Assembly: GCF_009914755.1 (NCBI RefSeq) | Contig: NC_060928.1 | DNA: 64,000 bases | Source of the DNA: the human T2T-CHM13v2.0 reference genome, Homo sapiens | Direction: 5' to 3' (one strand) | Part shown: positions 44,485 to 56,900 of the stretch, piece after piece | Layout of the letters: each line of letters opens with the position of its first letter | Numbering within the stretch: position 1 is the stretch's first letter | The notes under the pieces: model-generated | What the model was told of the DNA's origin: nothing | What the model saw: only the letters and a program-made list of their open reading frames with translations | Databases searched by the model: none | Made by a program: the position numbers and the translations under genes

Positions 44485-45864
44485 ACAAATTCGGCTTTTA
44501 ATACACATATTGCAAAGGTAGAAAATCCTATTCCAACCAGGGGATAGTTATATGAAAAAAAAGTTGGCAGAAGAGTAAGAACTATGAATTTAAGACATCA
44601 TTTGTTGTCTCTGTATTATTCCCAAGAAATCATAGCCAAAAGAAAGAAAAAATGATGCAAAGTGAAAAAAACACTAGCACATATTTTATCCTTAGAAGAT
44701 CTCTACTGACCACCATGATGGTGGTAATTACTTTATGATGTAAACTACAACAATTAAGCTATTCCTAGCACACTTATTATGAGCTTCAGAAAATCACAAG
44801 GATGCAAACACAACTAAACTACATTAATGTGGACTCTCTTTTCAGCATAAAAACAAGATGTTCTACGGGTATGCCAGGAAAAGGTTTTTGGCTTAGGCAA
44901 CTCCTTCCAGAAACAGTTACTCTATCCTTCAGTCCACTTTTTAGTTTACTTATAACCTTCTCACAGCTCAATAGCTTCCCTCTTCACCTTCATCTTTTCA
45001 CCTCTGGCACAATGTGGAAACAGCTCATCCAATGCCTAACTCAGTCTCCATGGTTTCAACCCATTATTTCAACATCCTTATAAAAACATTCTTAGTACTC
45101 CTGGAGTAAAATTTTATTTCACAATATGTCTGCTATTTATGATCCCCCTATATCTGCTTAAGCCTGTAATCTTTCAAAGCAAGCACCTTCAGATAGCTTC
45201 CCGTTATTAACTTGAGATCAAGGATTAGTCTCCACTGTATAGTAATTATTCAAGGTGGACAATGAAGGTTTTTGTTTTTCTTGCCCTACCACAGAGCTGA
45301 GAACTCTACCCAAAAATTATGTCATCATTTTTTCCTGCATTTGTAGTAGGCATTAGCATCATTTGGTGAATGGGATGCTTGATGTAAAAAGTAGTTACAA
45401 CTTGCCTAATAACACAGTCAACATTTTTAGGAAAGTTAACATTAGAATGGAAGACTCACAAACCCAATATATGTATATATTGTATATGTACATATATTGC
45501 GTATATGTACTAACATATGTATATGTATACATATATATTCTAAGCTATTTAACCTTTAGTAATAATTATATTGTAAAAATTAAAATGGCCCCAGAACACC
45601 CAGATCTGTGTTTGCAATAAATGAAAAATTGACAAATTATTTATATTTCATTATCTCTCTCGATTATATATTCCATGTGGCAGGCACCACACATATCATT
45701 CATCAATCACAATAATACAGTGCAGCATGGTACGACGAATCTAAAAGGTGCTTGGTAAATATTAGTTAAATCAATGTTGAAAATATTAAGTAAAAATCAT
45801 AAAGTATGCCTGAAGAAACCTCATTTATTCCTGGCTTTTTTTTTCTTTCACTTTTATTTTACTT

Positions 45865-46090
45865 CGTGTCGTGGTTAAGAGCACAGCTTCCAGAATCAGA
45901 CTGCCTGGGTTATAAGTCATGGCTCCTCTATTGAGCAAGTTACTTAACTGCTTCATTACTCAGTTTCCCCAGCTGTAAAAAAAGTATAACAATGCCACAT
46001 AACTCAAATAAATTTATGAGAATTATATGAGAAAGTTCACATTGACCTCTTGGGTTAGTATTGTAATCAGTTAGTAATTGTTCACTATTA
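45865..46090 (+). mobile_element. MIR
   Basis: gtggttaagagcacag...tcagactgcctgggtt...gagcaagttacttaac...ctcagtttcccc. Confidence 0.8.
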
Positions 46091-47889
46091 TGAGACTTTT
46101 CACTTGATATTGGTAAACAGCTCTGTTTTTTAAATTTATGATAAATATACCAATCATACAGAGATATAAAGGATGGAAATTAGATCAGAGAATATCACAA
46201 AAATATGTTCATCATAAAATAAATAAAAATAATGGGTCTTTATATTTGAAATCATGTCTAGAACATTATCTAATACCCATCATTTCATTCTAATTAGGGC
46301 CTTATAGGTAAATAGAGTTTCTTGATATTCTATTGTTTTATTTCAAGACAGGAAAATAAAGATATGCCGCATTTTAAAGGTGCACAGTTGCTAATGAAGA
46401 TACCTGAAATTCATCTGTCAGCCCTCTGAACCATATATTAGATCAATTCGACAGTTTATTCAGTTAGTACCACTGGCAGAATTTCTCCATAATTCTTACC
46501 ATATGTACTTTTTTCTGCATTTCACTTCCCTTTTTGCTCTTTTGCTCTCTCTCTTCAACTTTATCTACTTTTTGTTGCAATTGTTTTGGTGATTTTATTG
46601 TTATCATTGGTGGTGGTGCTGGTGATAGTGGTGGTTTTTGGAACAATTGCTTTTCCTTCCCTAGCTATCTCTTTATTTTTCTCTTTCCATGACCTAAGAA
46701 GCAGAAGTGCCCAGTAATACACAGGAGCCTTGCTTTGTTAGCAGAATTTGTCATTTGAACTATGTGACCTCTATAATCATTTGTTCTACAGATGCCTTCT
46801 TTAAAGACTCATTTCGGAACAAGAAAAGGCTTTCAGACATTCTCCAATGACTAGCAGCATTTGCCATCCATCTTTAAATGGGTAATTCCCCTGTCAAAGA
46901 CCTAGTCTCCTAGATAATTATATGCAGAGAACTATTATTTATTTTCCCTGCCAATGCACTGGAATCATACCAAATAAATCATGTGCTGTGGTATTAAATG
47001 TTGGTGAAATAAATGAACATGAGGTTTTAGAGTGACATGTCTTGGGAGTCAAAAGTACCTATGAGCTAAGGCATTTATCTCACTTGTTCAGGAGCTGACA
47101 TTGGGTTCAGTAATTGGAAATTCGCATCATAATATTACAAAGGACAAATATTCACCCATTTCCATTGAGATGGCTTCCTCTTTAAAAGAATTATTTAGAG
47201 AGATTTGCACTGCTCTCTTGATATTGATAGTTTATTCAGCTGTTGAACAATAACTTAGGTTTTTCCAGACCATCATTCTGCACATGTTAAAGAACTCCCA
47301 AACCACCAGGCTGGCTTAGATAAATATCAGACTCTGGATAACTTTGGTATCAAGGAATAATGTGAAAGATAATCCTCTTTTCCTAAAAAGATGGGATGGG
47401 GAGCTACTTTTGAAAATAAGGTTTAGAAATAACTATTTTACTGTGAGATATGTTTATATTATACTAATGTATGCAATAAGTAGCATACAATTTTATTTTA
47501 ATCACTATATTATAATTCTATGAATCTTACATATAGAAAAAGAATAGTAATAAAATATTCTCATCTTGAAAATGAGATAGTGTATGGTGGTTTTTCACTT
47601 TTCTATATTTCCTACTATGAGTGTTAATTATTTTTATATTTAAAAAATGAAATTAAGGTTACTAAAAATATTTTAAATGTTAGGGCATAATACATAAAGT
47701 AACACTTTCTCCCTTGTATCTCTTTATTATCATTCAAGTTTTCTTGCTATTCTGTCTTAACCTGTACTGTTCCTTCAAGTAATAAACATCAAAGGATTAC
47801 TGTATTAAAATTACTCGAATTAATATGCTTTATTGTAAAGTATAATTAGTGTCAAGTAATTGTATCACTAGCTCATGATGTAGCTCAAA

Positions 47890-48125
47890 ATGTAAAACAG
47901 ACACCAGGCTACCTGGAAAGCAGGGAACTCCAGCTCTGACATTACTAGCAGGGTCATCCTAGGCAAGTTACTTAACCCCTCTTTGTTTCATTTTCCTTAC
48001 ACATTACAGTGGGATAGTAGTAGAAACCACTTCACAGATTGTTGCAAGATTAAATGAGTTATTATGTGTAAACATTTAGAACAGAATCTCACACATATTA
48101 AGTTCTATATGTGTCGTATTATTCT
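47890..48125 (+). mobile_element. MIR
   Basis: ccagctctgacattactagc...ggcaagttacttaacc...gattaaatgagtt. Confidence 0.75.
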
Positions 48126-49584
48126 AGATTTTGGTGGACTTCATATGAGCATGATAACTATATAAATAATAATCTTATATAATCATTTCCTCTGGGTGCT
48201 TCTCCAGTGCTCCTAATAAGTTTGATGCTAATCTTGTTCACTAAGTCTCAACTCCTATCACAATACCTGACACACGGTAGACACTCTCTATATATACGTG
48301 GAATGAATAAATCTATAATAACTATTACAGTCAAGATGCTGTGTCTAAAAATGAAATCTGATACATGAATATAGTCAGTCATCTGAAAATATCAAGGATA
48401 CTCTCTTTTTGCTAAAACCAACAAGGAAGTATTTCAGTTGAATTATTTTTATAGGCCCTTATACTATTGTTTATCTATTTCAGTGAGAGTCTGTTATTCT
48501 TTAACAACCTTGCATTCTTTCTTGATGCAGAGCTTATGTTGAATCTTAGGACTGTGTTTTCTGAATGGGGTCAACATGTGTTTACCATCTGGCTTTACTG
48601 TGTGTTACTTTCAAAGTCCATACATTGAAATACAGTAGAAGCCTCTTTATACCACATAAAGCACTTCATGCTAAGTTCCATTGGCCTGGTCCCCTGACTA
48701 TGAGTCATAGTCAGCTGGAACATTGCTTGAGAATAACTTTACAAGGCATTAAGAGAACAAAAGATTTTAATGACTGGCTCAAAATGGTCTGGAATTGTGA
48801 ATGCTTTCAAGAATCCATTTATATGTTGTTTCATTAGGAGCATCTGATGATTAGGAGTATGTGAGGGGCATGTAACATTTTTTTAACTTGTTCAGACAAA
48901 TTATAACAGAATATGATAGTAAGTTTCAAGCTCAAATTTGCCTGTTAATCATATTTAATCTTTCTTTGTAAACTTTATTTTCATAGCATTACTGTATTAT
49001 GGAAAAGAAATAGAGTATGATATTTTAACCCTTGGATCAATCTCAGACTGTTGAGATCCTTTCAGTTCTGATTTAGTACAATTTCAGGATGTAGGAGGAC
49101 ATCTCAAAATATTTAAGTGGTTCTATAAGCCTGAGGCTGGAAATGAATCACAGAACCATTTTTCATCTTGTCAGTCGCCGACATCATGCTTAAGGAATTC
49201 TTACAGCAAAACAAATGCCTATTCAGAGAACGTTAGCCATTCTATTCCTTGATATTAAGTCAAAGCAGTAGTCTCTACAAAGAAGCTTTGAAAATATGCC
49301 ACTTTGTAAAATGTAATATTAATCAGTATGTTCATTCCTCACAAAGATAACACTAAAATGATAGGAACGAATTTAACAACTCACACACCCTGGGCCAAAG
49401 AGGCATTAATCCAGAACTAAAAATATGTTAACATTATAAAGATATAACCTATCTGGATTTCATCTAGCGTAAAAAGAGTTGTAAATCTAAGAGGAGTGAT
49501 TTTGATATATTATTGCTGATTTCTAGATACTCTGAGGAAAAGCTATAAGATTTAGAGGTAGACAAGCCCTGTTGATCACATCCA

Positions 49585-49765
49585 GTCCAGTTTTTCTTCA
49601 GCTTTAGCTGCACTTTAGGATTACCTGCGGAGCCTTTATAAATCTCTATGCTCAGGTCAAACCCTAACCCAATTAAATCAAACTCACTAGGAGTGGGAAC
49701 CTAGATGTCAGTATTTTTTGAAAGCCCCCTAAGTTTTCCTATACAAAGTCAATCAAGGTTAAGAA
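49585..49765. mobile_element. MER5-type hAT-Charlie DNA transposon remnant
   Basis: gctgcactttaggattacctgcggagc...ccaattaaatca...tcagtattttttgaaagcccc. Confidence 0.65.
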
Positions 49766-49864
49766 GGTCAATCACGGCTCTAGTTAGAGTCTGGTGGTGT
49801 GGCCAAGAGTGTAGGAGCTATCTTTGGACATGTTGGTGAGAGGTGGGTGACTAAAGGCAGGGCT

Positions 49865-50030
49865 TACTATTAACATGCATTGGCACCTTCTTAAGTGCTT
49901 TACCTGTATTATCATGTTTAATCCATTCTAATGGGTAGAAACTGTTACTATCAGCACCGTTTGTACAGATGAGGAAACGAAGAGAAACATCATACAACTA
50001 AGAATGGTAGAAAGAAGATTCAATCCCAGG
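49865..50030 (-). mobile_element. MIR fragment
   Basis: taagtgctttac...tacagatgaggaaac...gattcaatcccagg. Confidence 0.65.
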
Positions 50031-50160
50031 CATTTATTTATTTAACAATTACTTATTGTTTATATATTATACCAAATGCTGCGACTTGTTGGAGTGCCCA
50101 CATGCTTCATGTAATAAACAAGGAGATGTATTCTACCAATAAACACCTAATGATCAGTAT

Positions 50161-50470
50161 GGTTGGGCGCATTGGCTCATGCCTGTAATCCCAGCACTGT
50201 GGGAGGCCAAGGCGGGCAGATCACCCAAGGTCAGGAGTTTGAGACCAGCCTGGCCAACATAGGGAAACCCCGTCTCTACTAAAAAATACAAAAATTAGCC
50301 AGGCATGATGGCACACACCTGTAATCCCAGCCACCTGGGAGGCTGAGGCAGGAGAATCACTTGAACCCAGGAAGCAGGGCTGCAGTGAGCCGAGATCGTG
50401 CCACTGCCCTCCAGCCTAGTTGACAGAGCGAGACTTTGTATCAAAAAACAAAACAAAACAACAACAACAA
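50161..50470 (+). mobile_element. AluSx-like
   Basis: Full dimer. TSD aaacacctaat(g/t)atcagt at 50141-50158 and 50471-50488. Confidence 0.93.
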
Positions 50471-51334
50471 AAACACCTAATTATCAGTTGCTGTTTTTAC
50501 GTGTGTGTTGAAATCAAATGTAAAAAACATACTGTTAACCTCGGTAGTATTGTGGAAGAATTGATAATTCTAACATAGGTATAAAGATGACCGAATTTCT
50601 ATCTCCATCAACTTATGTCTGGCTTTCAAGTGGTCAGCAAAGTAGAATCACAGCCATTATGATTCCAGCAACATTGAACCAGATCATAAATCTTAAAATT
50701 CACATATATTCAGCACCTAGATGAAACAATACTCAAGGAATAAAATTCTTAAGAAGAGAGAATGGATTTCACGGTGTAAATTACATTCTCTCCAACCCTC
50801 TGGAAATGGTGTATTGTTTAAGACTTGCCTTCTGCATGGGATTCCCAGGGATGAGGTGGCTACAAATAAAATGATCTAATTTATGTGCAGTGTAAGAAAC
50901 GCATTCTTTTCATCCTACTTACTAACTCTAATTTCCTGCTTTCATAGAGAAGACATAAGAAAACCACTGAATATTTAAACTGTATTTTACACCATGGCTT
51001 TCATTAAGAGTATTTTCTGTATTTAAGAAAATCTCATAGATTGAAAAACAACAGTTTGAAGATATCAAATACCTTCTCCCTTTTATCCAGATATGAACAA
51101 ACCGATTTAGACCCACATCTGAGCAAAAATGATCTTATACATAAGTGTCAGGAAATTAATAAACATGAGTTTGAAATGAACTAATTCTTTGATCCAGGGA
51201 TCACCTATAAGCATTGTTTCAGGGCAATTAAAAAAAACTGAGGTCACTTTCGAAAACTTTCCTCAGCTACTGGCAAATATGCAATGGGGTATTCATTTCT
51301 TTAGCTTTATTACCATTAAAGAGAATTTATTATT

Positions 51335-52130
51335 AATGGCTAACAAACATATAAAAAATGTTCAACATCACTAAGCATCAGAGGAATATAAACTGAAACT
51401 GCAATGAGATATCATGTCACACCAGTCACAATGGCAATTATTAAAAAGTGAAGAAATAACAGATGTTGGCAAAGATGTGGAGAAAAAGGAAGATGTGGAG
51501 AAAAAGGAATACTTATATACTGTAAATGGGAATATAAATTAGTACAACCTCTATGGAAAACAGTAGGGGGATTTCTCAAATAGCTAAAAATAGATCTACC
51601 ACTTGATCCAGCAGTCCCACTACTGGGTATCTTACTCAAAGGAAAGGAAATCATTACATCAAAAACACACCTGTACTCATACGTTTATCACGACACTATT
51701 TACAATAGCAAATCTAGTGCCAACCTCAGTGTCCATCAACAGATGATTGGATTAAAGAAAATGTGGTATATATACACAATGAAATACTATTTAGCTATAA
51801 AAATGTATGAAATCATATCTTGTGCAGCATCATGAATGGAACTGAAGGCCATTCATTATCTTAAGTGAAACAACTCAGAAACAGAAAATCAAATACCATA
51901 CGTTCTCACCTATAACTGGAAGCTAAATAATGTGTACACATGGATGTAGAGTGTGGAATAATAAACACTGGAGACTCAGAAAAGGTGCTGACAAGAAATT
52001 ACTTAATGGGTACAAAAAACATTATTCTGGCAATGGATACAGTAAGGGCCAAGACTTCACCACTCCTCAATATATCCACATAACAAAATTGCAGGTGTAC
52101 CACTTAAATTTATACAAATAAAAAGAAAAG
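51335..52130 (+). mobile_element. 5'-truncated L1MA/L1PB 3' end
   Basis: ORF2 C-terminal remnant and 3'UTR ending aatttatacaaataaaa. Internal 18-bp tandem duplication at 51472-51507. Confidence 0.85.
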
Positions 52131-53264
52131 AATGAGTTTCTGAAATGGCTAAATGTATGTCATTAATAGTAATTCATACTTCTGTGTGAACAACAATTTG
52201 AGAATAAGCTTTTCTATGGTCTTAGGAAAGGGCACATGTGACTCCTGAGACCTGGGAAGGTTGGAGAGAAGAGCAGATATCTGGAATAGGACAATGAGAA
52301 AGTGCATGAACTCTAGGAACACTGAAGGCAAATTCAACCATTTCACAAACCTGTCTTGAAACCACTTTTATAAGGACTCAAGGGATATCTGAGAAGGAAA
52401 CTAGAAAAACTGCTTTTCATTTGTTCCTTGATGATGCACATTTCCTAAGGCTAACTTACAATAAAGACTGGATTTCACAATATCAAAAGAGCATAAAGGT
52501 ATTTTAACTGTAAATAACCCCTTTAGCACAGAACAAAATTTGAAAATAAGTAAATGGATATCCTTAAAAAAGATCAGAGAAGAAGAAGAGAATGAGAAAG
52601 GGAAAGACTCACATTATTATTACCATTGTCACCATCATCAATTCAGCTCAATAACCACTGAAATCAGGTGTTTCAAGAAATTTTATCACAAAATACAAGA
52701 TTGCAAATAAGAACTATATGAAGAACTATATTGGTGTAAATGATACAAGCCATTGAACACACTAAAGAAGAGAATTATGCTGCAAAATATGTGAAGAATC
52801 AACCGCGTGCGTATGAAAAGCAGATCAAAATAATGAGATTTACAGAAGTAGAGAATAAACAGAAAACCACGATTATCTCCAAATGATAGATTTCTAAAAT
52901 ACATTAAATACACATTATGCATAATATAAAGGTAATTTCAATAAGCTTATGCTGAAGGAAGATGCTGTTGATTCTAATAACTGTACTGAATCAGTAAGTA
53001 ATGCATCATCCTCTTGCTGTCACTTTCATTTATGAAATTCAAATTCATTTCTCCCAAAAGAGATAGAAGTAAGGAAGAGAAAAAGAAGTGAAAATTATAA
53101 CCCTCCCAGATCAAAGAAAACAATTTCAAGCAATAAATATGAGTAGGAAAATAATGTCAGCTCTTGAAATTATATATCTCATTCTTAGGACAATAAAAGT
53201 AATCTTTCCATGTATTAAAGAAACTTTTTAAAAAATAAACTTGAGAAAGGCTAGACAAATAATC

Positions 53265-53825
53265 TTATCAGTTACTAGTGTTGTAAAACAAATCTCCAAG
53301 AACTTAATACTATAAAACTAAATAGTGTTATTATTTCTCATGATTTTGATCTGTTGGGAATGCATAAATAGCTTGGCTAGGCAGATGTGTCTCAGGGTCT
53401 CTCATGAAGTGACAGATTGCAGGTGAAGATGTGGACGGGGGAGAGTAGAGATGACCAACCATCCCTCTCTTCATATAGTCTCATAGCTTTTCCATGTGAC
53501 CTCTTCACATTAGGACAGTTTACACTCCTCACAGCATGATGGCCTCAAGGCAGTAGTATTAGTCACATTGCAGCTCAGGACTCCAGACTGCATGTTTCAG
53601 TGATCAAGGTAGAAGCTGAGTCTCCTATTATGACCTAGCCTTGGAAATCATCCAACACCACTTTTGCCAAACTTTGATAGTCCAACAGCCCAGATACCTT
53701 CTTTGTCTCATGAGTATGGGATATAAATATTATCTTTCAATTGGAATATAAAAGATGTATTGTAAAAATATCATGTGAGATGGGAGATACGGCTATGACT
53801 ATCTTTGGAAAGTGTAATCTGACAC
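53265..53825 (-). mobile_element. MLT1/MaLR LTR
   Basis: tatcagtta...ttattatttctcatgatt...cctcacagcatgatggcctcaagg...tatgacctagccttggaa. Confidence 0.65.
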
Positions 53826-53952
53826 AAATATGTTACAAGTATATTTTTTGCTAGACTGTAGCAAAAAAAAAGACAATAATGTGGCAATAAAAATAAGAAA
53901 ATATCTCATTTAATTTTCTCATTACCCTTTTAATTTATAGTTTCAAAAATTG

Positions 53953-56900
53953 GGGAAGTGGCCAAGATGGCCAACTAGATGCAGCTAGTGTGTGTGGCTC
54001 TCATGAAGAGGAACAGAAGGGGCAAGTAAATATAGCACCTTCCACCAAAACATCCAGGTACTCACATTGGTAATAATCAAGGAAACAACTCAACCCACAG
54101 AGAATGGAGAAAAGTAAGGCAGGATGACAGTTCGCCCAGGAGCCACATGAAGCCAGGGAAACCATCCTCCACTCAGGGAAGTGATGAGTGAATGTGTGAC
54201 CCTGGGAATCCATGCTTCTCCTACAGATCTTTGCAACTCTCAGATCAGGAGATCCTCTCATGAGCCCACTTCACCAGGGCCTTCAGTCTGACACACACAG
54301 CTATGTGGAGTTTCGGCAGAGCAGCTGCTCAGGCACACACACAGACCCAGGAGCCTGAGATACTAGGGCTTTCCAGGCTTCCCAGCAAAAGCAGCTGCAA
54401 CTCGGGCAAAGTGGGAGGTTAGACCCCTGTACATACCCCTAGGAAATGGGCTGAATCCAGGGGGCCAAGCAGCAAGAGTCTGTAGGCCCCACTTCCACAG
54501 CACCTCACAGTATAAGGCCTACTGGCTTGGAACTCCAGTCAGCAGCCAGTAGCAAAATTTCACCTCCCAGAGACAGCTCCCAAGGGGAAGGGCAGGCCAC
54601 CATCTTTGCGTTTGGGCCACTTAGTCATTCCAGCCTTTGGGCTTTAAAGAGTCCAAGCCAACCAGGGACAGAAGGGATCCCCCAACACAGCTGCTCTGCA
54701 AAAATGTGGCCAGACTCTTTTTTTAAAGAAGATCCCTAATCCCATTCCTCCTCACTGGGTGGGACCTCCCAACCAGGCCCTCCAGCCAACCTCACCAGAA
54801 TTCTCCAGCTGACAGAGTTTTGAAAGCTTCCTGGGATGGAGCTCCCAGAGGGAGGGGCAGGCTGGCATTTTTGCTCTTTGGGCCACTTAGCTGTACCAAC
54901 CTTCAGGCTTTGAGGAGCCCTGACCAGTGGTGGAAGTGGTACCCCAGCACAGCACAGCTGCCCTGTAAAAACGTACCCAGACTACTTTTTTAAGCAGGTC
55001 CCCAAACCTATCCCTGATCACCAGATGGAGCCTCCCAGCCAGGGTCTCCAGCTACCTTTGCTGGTGTTCTCCAGCTGACAGAGGTTTCAAACTTCCCTGG
55101 GACTGAGCTCCCAGCAGGAGGGGTGGGCCAATATCTTTGCTGTTTGGGCAACTTAGCCATTCCAGCCTTCAGGCTTTGGAGTGTCCAAGGCAACTGAGGG
55201 CTGATGCAGACCCCCAGCACAGCAAAGCTGCTCTAGAAAAACATGGCCAGACTGCTTTTTAAAGTGTTTCCCCAACCTTATTTCTCCTCACTGGGTAAGA
55301 CCTCCCAACCATGGTCTCCAGCCACCTCCTACAGGTGCATTCAGGCCAGCAACAGGTCTGTATCTCCCTGGGATGGAGCTCACAGAGGGAGGGGTGGGCT
55401 GCCATCTTTGCCGTGTCACAGCCTTCACTGGTGATACCTCTAGGTACTGGAAAATTCGAGGCAAATACAGACTGGAGTAGACCCCCCCAGCATATCACAG
55501 CAGCCCTACAAAAACGTGGCCAAACTGTTAAGTGGATGCCCATTCACATATCTCCGCACCAGGAAGGTTCTCCAAGCCTGGGCCTCTAGTCACCCCCTGC
55601 CAGGTCTATTAAGCCAACTCAGCAACTCCCTGGACAGAGCCTCCAGGGGCAACTGAAAGCCTCTCTGCCACTGTCTCTGCAGTGGAACTGTCCTTGCTAC
55701 TCTCAGACTAATGAAGGAACGAAGACTCTAAATGCCTTATCCACACCTTCAACAAGCTGTAGTCATCCCAAGGAGAGGAGGCCAGTCCATCTTCCACAGG
55801 TTGCACACATCCCCCACTGCTCATCACAATACAGGGAACCCCAGTCTTGGGCCCACAACACAGACCCTTCTTCCTGGGCTGACTGCACTGAGCAATTGCT
55901 GACCCACATCTCTCTGAGGTGGAGCCACCAGGGGACAAGCAAAGTGGTGGAGCAGCAAGCCAGATGATATGGAACCCAGAGGGTTTGGTTCAGGAGTGTG
56001 TGTAGCAGAGCCTTACCAGAGACGGCTGTTCTTCTAGGCTCAACTTACTCCCATAAAAGACTTTAGCTCTAGGGGAACCATCAGACCTGCCCTCTGCCCA
56101 GTGGTCTTGCATGTCAAACAGGGCTGGTCCAACCTAAGCACCCCTTGGTCTGCTGACCTCTCCCAGAACCCCAGCCTGGCCATGCCTGTTTACGGAGCAG
56201 TCTCAGGTGCCTTTGGGATCCACAGCACAGCTTCTGTGCTGGCAGACAGTGCCTAAATGGTGGACAGCCTTAGCAAGGCAGTCCCTATGGCCATGCACCA
56301 GCCCACATGTACCCTCCCCATACTGCAACTTCCCCTGAGCTGAAATGAAAGAAAAAAATTTAAAGGCAGTTGGAAAGAAAGGTCAGGTCACCTACAAAAG
56401 GAAGCCTAACATTCTAACGTGGACCTCTCAGCATAAACCCTACAAGCCAGAAGAGATTGGGGGCTAATATGCGACATTCTTAAAGAAAATAAATTCCAAC
56501 CAAGAATTTCATATCTGGCCAAGCTAAGCTTTATAAGTGAAACAGATTTTTTACCACAGATCTGCCTTACAAGAGCTCCAGAAGAAAGCACTAAATATGG
56601 AAAGGAAAAATTGTTACCAGCCACTACAAAAACACACTGAAGCACACAGACCAGTGACACTATAAAGCAACCACATAAACAAGTCTGCAAAATAACCAGC
56701 TAACATCATGATGACAGGATGAAATCCACACATAGCAATACTAACCTTGAATGTAAATGGGCTAAATGTCCTAATTAAAAGGCACAGAGTGGCAAACTGG
56801 ATAAAGAACCAAGACCCATGGGTCTGCTGTCTTCAAGAGACCCATCTCACATATAATCACACACATAGTCTTGGAGGAAAATCTACCAAACAAATGCAAA

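Noticed and set aside
54540-55600. Regularly spaced repeats as a CRISPR-like or novel array
   Set aside because: The units are contiguous, degenerate and lack unique spacers, and they sit within an L1 5'UTR in human DNA.
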